Below are positions 54,748-64,000 of a stretch of 64,000 nt of DNA, in pieces. Source of the stretch: Eledone cirrhosa. Its lineage: Eukaryota. Within the stretch, counting starts at the first letter, position 1. Every line of letters starts with the position of its first letter. The stretch spans positions 45,012,001 through 45,076,000 of the forward strand of contig OZ024745.1 of assembly GCA_964016885.1 (NCBI GenBank). Direction: 5' to 3'. Position numbers and translations under genes: made by a program. The notes beneath the pieces were generated by a model. That model was not told the origin of the DNA and made no database searches. It saw nothing but the letters and a program-made list of their open reading frames with translations.

Positions 54748-56643
54748 AAAAAATTTGAAGTTAAGGTGACTAATTTTCTGAGTCTTTTACTTAAATAGTT
54801 TATAGTAGAAATTATTGATATTTTATAGTAATATTAAACATTCAAGAGATGCACATTTTCTAAATTAAAAATTATAGTCTAAGAAATGATTGAGAATATT
54901 ATGGTAGCAAATCTTCCATGAATTGTTTTCTGTAGGGTTAATAAATATTTTAAGAAGAGATTAGTTATCTTCCTGATTATGATGTCAATAAATTTATAAT
55001 CTCTTCAAAGGCTAGATATGGGTATGTGAGGTGCTTTTCGTTTAGATATCTGTCTATAAGTCATTGTATTTGTAATAAATTGTGGTTGTTTCTCTATTGG
55101 AAAGATATATGGTTGTTTTTAAATAAGCTAAAACATTGTTTATTCAAGACCTTTTATAGGTTAACTTCATGTCACAAACTTCAATCATTATTATAAATCA
55201 TAAGATAAAAGCATTTGTGATAAAAATAGTAGATATTTCTTTTAAAAGTATTTTCAAATTAAAAAAAAAAAAAATTGTTTTTATTTATATATCTGAACAT
55301 TAACTATCTATGATTTTGATTGTTCCACTTTATTTATTTATAATCGAAGATTTACAAAGGCTAGTAAACAGGTAAACATGTAGAAATGTTAGATGAAAGA
55401 TTAATATATAATGTTATAGTACCTCTTACCTTGTGTTATCTCTCTCTAATGCAGAGGTTGTGTTCTTTGAACTTTTGATAGCTAAAGGAGGACTGCTTTC
55501 ATTTAGGGAGGTAGTAAAACAAAGAAAAGTTGGGAAAGTAACTAGAAAATATTTTAGGAAATGTTTTAAAACCTTGTAAATAAAATATTGTCAAAGATAT
55601 ATTCTACCAGTTTTTTTATTTATTCATTTCTGTAATCCTTGGTAGTCACAAATAACACCGTGATATAAATACAGTTTTAAACTTTATCAAAAGTAACCTA
55701 TTAGGGCTAACCATTCATTGAACGAAGCAGAAAGTAATAAAATAGAAGAATTTTAACTGTAATTCTGTCTATTAGAATATATTCATGATTGTAGCCAGGG
55801 GTGTGTATAATCAGAAAAGAAATTCAGAGACTTGCAAGGTGGTTTTGGACATGTGTTTTTACTATACCAGTAACCAAATTAATCTTCTAAACTTGTTTTT
55901 CCAACATCCTGTGCCAAAATGATGTGAGATCTAGTAATAATTAGATGAAAAGTTTATTTTAAGTTACCATAGTGACACAACCAAGATGGAACAATTTACA
56001 TCAAGTGGTCTAATATACAACATGACAAATGAAATACTTTGAAGAGAAAAAGAGATTCAGTTTTTTAAAATTTATTTTATTTTTTCGTAGACCTTACTAA
56101 AGATTGACATTTCATGCAAATGACAATATGTATGTTAACCCTTTTGATATCAAACTAGCTGAAACTGGTTCTGTCATACAGAACTGTTTATTTTAAAGTG
56201 TTTAAAAAAAAAACCTTCCATCATAATTTTATGTAAGAACATTTAAGTTATGTTTCAGATACCAGCTTGATCATGAGAAAGTTATATTACTAAATCCTTC
56301 CAAATTCATGATTATTTTCAAAGTTTTTTGAAAGTCACGAGCAATATCTTTCATTAGAAATATGGTAATGAACAGCTTAAAATAGTTTACTTTCTTTGTT
56401 TCTTATAAAATTCATGTTTATTTACGAGAGCTTGAAATATTTTAGCATGGAAGTCCTTATGGTGTTCTTTTCTTTTCTTTTTTTTTTTACCTAAATCTGT
56501 CCAAATTTTATTATTTGTCCTACCCATGCCAGCATAGAAAAATGGAATGAGAGCTTCTTTTTAAATTAAATTTTTGCTTCATTTATAAGTAAAATATCTT
56601 ATTATATAAGGCTTTAGAATTTGAATGCATTGTAAGCTTAAAA

Positions 56644-56676
<33 letters not shown>

Positions 56677-56678
<2 letters not shown>

Positions 56679-56824
56679 CGAAGGAGTTGTGGTAAGGAAC
56701 CAGAAGGACCATAACGCACCAGAGTACTCAATACTTAGGGTAATAGGAAAATGTATGACCCCGATGGCAGAGCTGAAATAGCCATCGAAACGGCTTGAGC
56801 TCTGCCGTCGGGGTCATACATTTT

Positions 56825-56828
<4 letters not shown>
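56677..56828 (+). mobile_element. (TA)n-flanked repeat with 85 nt terminal hairpin, probable Penelope-like terminus
   Basis: Second copy at 39551-39650; hairpin at 56744-56828. Confidence 0.6.
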
Positions 56829-56860
<32 letters not shown>

Positions 56861-59800
56861 TTTTGAAATCACGAGGCATACTTTTTTTTTTTTTTTTTTT
56901 TTTTTTTCTAAAATCACTATCTTTTCACTGAGAGCTTACTAATCTTCTTCTTCTGAAATTTAGAATAGCATTATAGAAATCAACCATGTGAATTGGAGCT
57001 CTTCAATTTAGTGTTAGGCTCAAATAAATAAATATACTGTTAAATATGTATTATTGTTATATTAATCTAAACTTCTATAGTTGCTTATCTCACACTTTGT
57101 TTTCTACCTCTGTGTGCTTGAAGTTCATGCAGGACATTTTAATTCTGGTTGAACTTATATTGTGCTTTCTGCTAGATCTATTTCATCAAAATATGGCATT
57201 CTAGTCGTGCGGGTTACATGACCTGACCCTGTGAATTTACTGCTGTACCAACTCTCCATATATTGAGAGAAATCCTTTAATTTATACATTTTCCTGTAAT
57301 TAATGTTTTCTCTCCATTGAATAACATGAATAAAGTACTATTTTTATTTAAGTATATCTACTATTGTTCTAGTATTATTACATATAGTTTAATGAAATTA
57401 ACAGGAAAGTATATGATAAATGTAGTTGTTGTTTAACCCTAGTTAAGTTCTGAGTAACAAAAGTATCACAGCTATAGATATCTAATCCTTTTTCAAACAA
57501 TATGTCTAAGATTACATTATCTAATATGTCCTTCCTTTTTAGGGTGTGGCAGGAGAAATGTTCCTACTCTTTGTAATAGTAGCAATTAAATAAAAAGGGA
57601 TCCCTAACCTTTTTGGCATTACACCCACATTCACATAGAAAATATTTCTGTTGCCCACCAATATTGTAAATATACAAAAGGATACAAAAAATGTTAATAA
57701 TAACAATATAATGTTAAATGAATGTTGAATAAATAAATGCTAACAATAAAACAGCTTTCTTTAATGAAAGTAAAATAGCAGCATCAAATGTTTGATACAT
57801 GCATACAGTTTTTAGGTGTAATTCTCAGGGAGATTCAACATGACACTGTGTCAAGACAGGCCATTTGAATTATATGTACAGTCCACCCAACGGTCTTCCA
57901 AACAGTTTTCGTCTACTCAATTTCACTCAAGGGATGGGTCTACCCAAATTATGGTAGATGACACTAGTCAATAGTAAATAACCTAGTATTTAGGGTGTTC
58001 GACTTACAATAATAATGTCTTGGGTTCGATTCCTGGACTGGGTTGTGTGTCGTGTTCTTGAGCAAAACTCTTCATTTCATGATACTTCAGTATACTCAAC
58101 TGAAAATGTGTACCAGCTGTCGCTGGAGGTTTAACTCTGCAATGGACTGGTATCCTGTTCAAGGGGAAGTATTGAACTCTTAGTCGCTTAAATTCAAGGA
58201 CACCAGGATAAGCATTGACTTAAAGAACCTCAAGGCTTGAGATAGACTTTAGACTAGATGCTAAACAGTGGGATTGACTTGACATACATCTACATGCATG
58301 CATTCATGAATACAGACATTGGTCCTGTACAATTGACAACAAAATCAAGTGATTTGCACAAATAATGGTAACTTTTAACTTGCCCTAACAACTTTTAGGG
58401 ACGAGTTTAAGAAATGTGATGTTTCACTCTCCTAAGAGAAGGGAAATGTTTTCAGCTAGAGATTGAAACCGCATTTAGGTTACATCCTTATGTATGCTTA
58501 CCCATTTCTCTATAAGTATTCGCCAAAGTAACTAAATAAGAATTTTCTTCTTCTTTTGCGTGGTTTGTATGTAATTTTGTATGTTTTTATCGTACACAGA
58601 GACTCGTTAGCAAAGCATTATAACGAATGTTTCTCCAGGGGCCACCACAACGAAGTGAGGTTGGCTTGGTCCCCTGCTTTTTTGAGTGGGTGAATTCTTA
58701 TATTTTAGGAAAGAAGTAAGAAGTTGTGATGGCCATTACCTTTCTCAAAGACATTAGTCGTGCAAATATGCTAAATGGTAATCGCTAATTAATTATTGAT
58801 TTCTTAAATATGGTTGTTACTAATTTTTGAAGAGAAGAACAGTTGAGTTGTTAGACGCCGGTGTATTTATTGTATAAACTAAGAAGTAATGGAAGCTAAA
58901 GTAACAGAAGTGAATATTTGAACTGAAGCAAGAGACACAAAACCAAACATTGCAAGGCGTTTGCCCTGGTGAAATATTGATTTTTGATTTTGGCACAAGG
59001 CCATAGTACATAAATGAGGTACATTCGATTATATGACATTCCTGAATTTTCTGTGAGCATTAGCACCGCAAATTTAGTCAATTTGTTTCACCAGATATTG
59101 AACCCGGCTCACATAATCTATTCGCCAGGATCTTAACATTTACATCGGATGTCACCAAATACCAAAATAGTTATTGATTTCCAACTTTTTCAGAAGGCTA
59201 TATATTTGTAGAACGGTGTGTAATCGAATGGATCGATCTTAGTACATTACATTACCAGCGATTATTTTATAGCTACCAAGATGAAAGGCAAATTCTTTAC
59301 CGACTGAATCTGAATTTACAACTTAACCCGCTCCCCAGTTCAATGATACAAACTGTGTTAAAATGTTTATATTTATCCAAAAATCTCCCATCATAATTTT
59401 ATGTAAGAACCTTTGTTAAGTTACGACTCAAACACCGGTTTAATGAGAAAGTTAATTATATTACTAAATATTTTCAAAATTATCTGAAAATTATAAGCAG
59501 TGTCTTTCACTTGATATATGATATCGAAAGATATTTCATTCAGTACTATTCTGTTTCAACCATTGTGAACACTGCCTGATCGAATGGTTAAGACGTTCCT
59601 TTTGTAATCATTAGTTCCTGCATTTGATCACGTCCAGTGGCATCTTCGGCACATATCATGTACCAAAATCTCGGGAAAACTCATGCATTGTGAGTGAAGT
59701 TAAAAACTGTTTGCAAGCTTATCTGATGGACATCTGTATCTGTAATTCAAAGGGTAATGGAATACCCAGCCACGTATTCGTTTATGCCATGCGCAGGCTG

Positions 59801-60235
59801 TTTCATTGAGAGAAAAACTGGAGTACCCATCGTCAAAACCCACGGAGCTTCATTCTATTTCACTTCAAATAAATTATCTCTAATTTAAGCACAAGCCCAG
59901 CAATTTCAGTAAATGGAAAATCGTTTTAATCGACCCAGTACCTTACTGGTACCTCATTTTATCGATCCACGGTGGGTGAAAGGCAAAGGTGACCTCAGCG
60001 TGATCTGAACTCAGAACATAAGTACCAGAACACATACTTCTAAGCATTTACTCGACGCTCTAACGACTCTGCCAATCCACCACATGCTTTCAAATAAATA
60101 AATATATATGTAATGGAAAAGTACAATTACGAACCATTACTGGAACTGTGAAAATATATAAAATGTTTCCTTAAGCTACAGAACCTAAAATGTCGGTATT
60201 AGTGTTCAGTGACTCTTTAGCGTAGTAGTTAACGC

Positions 60236-60363
60236 CAGGGTTGGATTTAGACCTTCGAGGGGGATACGACAGGTTTTGGGTCCTCCTCATATACAAACAT
60301 TTAGAATACACAGCAGACCCCCTAATTTCATTGCTGCATTTGGCCCCATTAAATCTCGCCCTG
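60236..60363. mobile_element. hAT-type MITE inserted in a tRNA-like repeat head
   Basis: TIR cagggttggattta / taaatctcgccctg; perfect 8 bp TSD gttaacgc (60228-60235, 60364-60371). Confidence 0.85.
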
Positions 60364-61106
60364 GTTAACGCATGTGTCCAGCCGCTGATAGTTGCAGGAT
60401 TATATTCCTTGCGGGTGCCTCCATCTACGGAGTACTTTACCTGATTTTCTCAGCTATTATTATAATCATTTGCGTTGGAATGCGCACATTTAAAATGTCA
60501 AATTTTCCCAATACTTCTTAAGTCAACCGTTTTGTTTACACTTCTAGCTACAGGTTGAAAATCTAAAAAGATGGAATAGTTTGACAGTGGCTTTTTAGTG
60601 TAGTTGTTAATGCGTTCGCCTGGTATCATAAATATGCGGCGTTCGATTCATCGAAGGAAACTCTCATCACATTTTCTCATCTCTAATGGTATATTACCAG
60701 ATTTTTTCAACTATTATTTATAACGACCAACTATTATTATGGTAATTTGCGTTGGGACGCACAAATGTCAAATACACACACACATATGTTTGTGTGTGTG
60801 TGCGTGTGTGTTAATATGTCGTGGCGACAAGTAATTAGTGAAAGTAAGTAGATAATGTAAGAAGAGAATAAGACCGGACGTCTAACTGCCATGATGTGTC
60901 TTGTGGGGTTACGTAGATGAGCAAAGCAGAATTTCGCTAAAGGACTATATTTAACATAGAGTTTACTTAAAGACGACGAAGATGAGATGAAGAAAAAATA
61001 AGACAGCGTAAATTGCAGTTTGAAATAGTAATTTCAGATTAATCCGAAAAATGTCATTGCTTCGGGTTGTAAATGAATGGAATAGTATAGTGGAAAATTG
61101 GATGAA

Positions 61107-63271
61107 TTGGGGTGTTCCAGAATCCCACATTTTACACAAAAGTGTTTTTTTCTTAGCTCCCTATGCATTTTCTCATGCCATTTTGTATATTATCAATTTA
61201 TAATGTCATTTGGATTATTTCAGACTAATTTAAGCCTTGCCTAATAGTTGCAAACTGGCAGAATAATGGCGGAAACCAGTGGGCCTAGTTGTAGCTACTC
61301 GCTCCGTTGTGATGATCGAGAAATATGGCTCCTGGGGCAACATGTTACATCCTTTTCACCAAACAAAATACCAACAAAGGGGGATGTTCTAAGATATTTC
61401 TTCTACCTGAAAGATGGTCCTATGAAACACGAAAAGCATGTGAGCTTCAATGGTGATATTGCGGATAGGCTTGCGATGGAAGTAGTTAGTCAGTGGGAAA
61501 AAGCTGGTGTGGCGACTCAACGAAAAGACAAAGTGAAACTGAAAATTATGAACATGTACAGTGAATACAGAAATTTACAAAAAAAACAAAACAAAGGTTC
61601 TAAGTCAAACAAAGAAAAGGAAGCACTATTTATTTCTGAATTGGATTCGTATTTCTACATTGCACATACTGATGCTGAAAAGAAAATTTTGAAAGACAGT
61701 CTTCGTAATAATGAACAGAAAATAGAAGATGCTACATTTCTCGAAGCCCTGCGTTGCCAGAAAAAAGTATCTCTCGGTGCTGAAGACAAGGGTTACCAGA
61801 AAAAGGTATCTTCAAAGTTTAAGCGTAATCAGGTTTCTGTGGCTCGTCGAAAGTCAGAGAACCATAGAAAGCGTTTGTCAGGATCTGTAGCAGCACAACT
61901 TCCACGTAATGAACTGAGTAATTCAAGTTCAACCAATGATGAAACTGAAGATGAACAGGATCCTGAATTTCAGGCCTCAAATTTCAGGCCACCCAGAGAC
62001 AGCTCAAAGTCAGACAAGAAATGAAAAATCCAGCTGGAACTCCCAAAGAATCCATTTCAAAGTCCAAAAATTTCTCTAATGGCTGATCGTTTAAACCTGA
62101 CATTGGGCCAGAGAACAGCATTCATGGCATCGATTATTTCTGAGGGTGGGACTGACATAGACGCCACAACTCTCTCCAAGAAAAATAGCAGACGTGCAGC
62201 TAAAAAGATCAGAACTGTGGGGGTAAACACATAAAGGAACAATTTTCTGTACCAGACTTTGTTACCTTGCATTGGGATGGCAAAATAATTCCTGGTGACC
62301 ACGAGAGGCTAGGTGTGCTAGTTGCTGGAACTCTGGACTTCAGAGAAGGTAAACTCCTCGGTGTTCCCATAATTCCTGATGGCACTGGAACCACCCAAGC
62401 CAAAGCATCATTTGATCTTGTTAAAGATTGGAATGTTGATGGGTCTGTGGTGGGCTTGGTCTTTGACACAACTGCTTTGAATTCTGGATGGAAAAATGGT
62501 GCCTGCGTGAAACTAGAAGAGATGCTGAACAAAAAGGTGTTTTATTTTGCTTGTCGACACCATGTCATGGAGCTATCTTGTGTGCAGTGTGGCAACAACT
62601 ATTCGGAGCAATGTCCAGTCCAGACACCCCAGAGTTCAAGGAGTTCAAAAATGATTGGGTGTCACTCGGACAAGACCAACTTTAAAACATTGAACATTGT
62701 CGACCGGAGACTCAAGCGTCTGTGTTCTGAGAACATCAAGTTCCTCCAAGATTTGCTGACATCCAACGATGGGAAAATGAGTTCTCTTCCACGGGACGAC
62801 TACCGAGAATGTGCCGAGTTGATGTTGATCTTGCTTGGTGTCACCCCTCCTCGTAGAATTCATTGGATGCTGCCTGGTTCACATCATAACGCTCGGCGGA
62901 TGCCCACAATCATCTATAGTGCAAAGACGTATGCATTAGGTGAGCGACTCAATTACGATCAAACTAAAATGGAAAAGTTGCGTCGGATCTGTATGTTCAA
63001 TGCTCTGTTCTACGTGCGATACTGGCTGACAGCAGTCAAGTGTGCTGATGCACCATCCAATGACCTTCAATTCTACGTGGAGTTGAGACAGTACAGTAAG
63101 GTTGACAGAGATCTCTCGCCGGCAGCCACTACTGCTCTGAGCAGGCATCTTTGGTACCTGACGGAGGAAGCCATTCCGCTAGCGCTGTTTTCAAGTCAGG
63201 TCCAAGAGTCCGAGAAGAAACGAAAACGTCTGGGCCTCTCGACCGTGGTGCTCCACTATTTCCCGAGTTGA
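61107..63271 (+). mobile_element. disrupted DNA transposon with hAT-related (hATm-like) DDE transposase pseudogene, 3'-truncated
   Basis: ORFs 61248-62024 and 62267-63271 carry HWDGK, FDTT..NSG..GAC, ACRHH..EL and RHLWYL; one stop at 62022 and three frameshifts; putative left TIR ttggggtgttcc at about 61107. Confidence 0.8.
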
Positions 63272-63553
63272 AGTCGTACTTTGAACTGTAAGTGAGTTCA
63301 TTGAGACCACGATGAATATTGTTAGTAAGCAACTTTCGTATTTCCTGATCGCATGACTCAAATTAAGCTCACTAAAATGTTCATGTCCTTTTTCCGTTGT
63401 TTCGTATATATTTCACTACCAGTATTATTTCGTGTACTGAAATATTTGACTCTTTTAATTACACCCTGTCTCTCTAATCGAGCACGTTCTTTTTCAACTG
63501 GATCTTTAAGTGAATAGAGTACTAGACGAGCTCTACAGAATCATGGTGTAGCT

Positions 63554-63818
63554 CAGGGGTCCCCAACCTTTTGGGTCCGCGGGCCGGATGCGCAATTAAT
63601 ACTACTTATATACAAATAAGTAACCATTTATTTATCCCTTATGTTAGATTTGAAACAAAATTCAATATTGATACTTAGAGCTGTCCCATGCAGAAAAATA
63701 CATTTAAACATTGTTTTATTCGGCAAACTGTACCCTTTTTAGAACCCTGGCGGGCAGGATAAAGGCCTTCGCGGGCCAGATTTAAACCCTTCGCGGGCCG
63801 GGGGTTGGGGGACACCTG
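63554..63818. mobile_element. hAT (Charlie/Buster-type) MITE
   Basis: TIR caggggtccccaacc / ggttgggggacacctg; perfect 8 bp TSD gtgtagct (63546-63553, 63819-63826). Confidence 0.92.
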
Positions 63819-64000
63819 GTGTAGCTGTTAAAAACACGTGTTTGATAGGTAAATATAAGCGATGTGTAGTAATTAAGAAATAGAGTATAATGAATATCAC
63901 TCCATTAGTTGCTAAATGTGCAATATGTAACTTGGACAAAAGTAAAACAAATAATAATGATAAAGATATTCTATCAGGAGTACTAAATAAGGATCACGTG

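Larger units (their letters stand above)
42654..58505 (-). pseudogene. candidate spliced minus-strand gene (decayed coding gene or lncRNA) of small exons
   Basis: Series of AG/GT-bounded minus-strand segments; four of them join in one open frame; see findings. Confidence 0.35.

Noticed and set aside
57109-57293. AG/GT-bounded minus-strand segment as an exon of the candidate gene
   Set aside because: Stops in all three frames and it does not fit the phase of its neighbours; left out of the model
63455-63470. acaccct as the right TIR of the hAT-related element
   Set aside because: Match too short and no target-site duplication

Overview
AT-rich, repeat-dense animal DNA. The repeat landscape resembles that of octopus/coleoid cephalopods, which is an inference only. 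Positions 1316-31299 hold the 3' 17 coding exons (about 1030 aa) of a P4-type ATPase phospholipid flippase of the ATP8B class on the + strand; every GT-AG junction I traced keeps the reading frame. Downstream are a ~9 kb mosaic AT satellite (32.5-41.8 kb) with embedded repeat islands, a candidate decayed or spliced minus-strand gene built of small exons (42.6-58.5 kb), and a disrupted hAT-related transposase (61.2-63.3 kb). SINEs, LINE fragments (CR1, RTE) and MITEs are scattered throughout. The most notable signal is a set of minimal type I hammerhead ribozymes of the Penelope-associated, dimer-forming kind. Four lie in two tandem foldbacks inside a flippase intron (9.05-9.73 kb), one sits in a self-complementary island within the satellite (35.6 kb), and there are two related or degenerate structures. 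All RNA structures were folded by eye, not computed.
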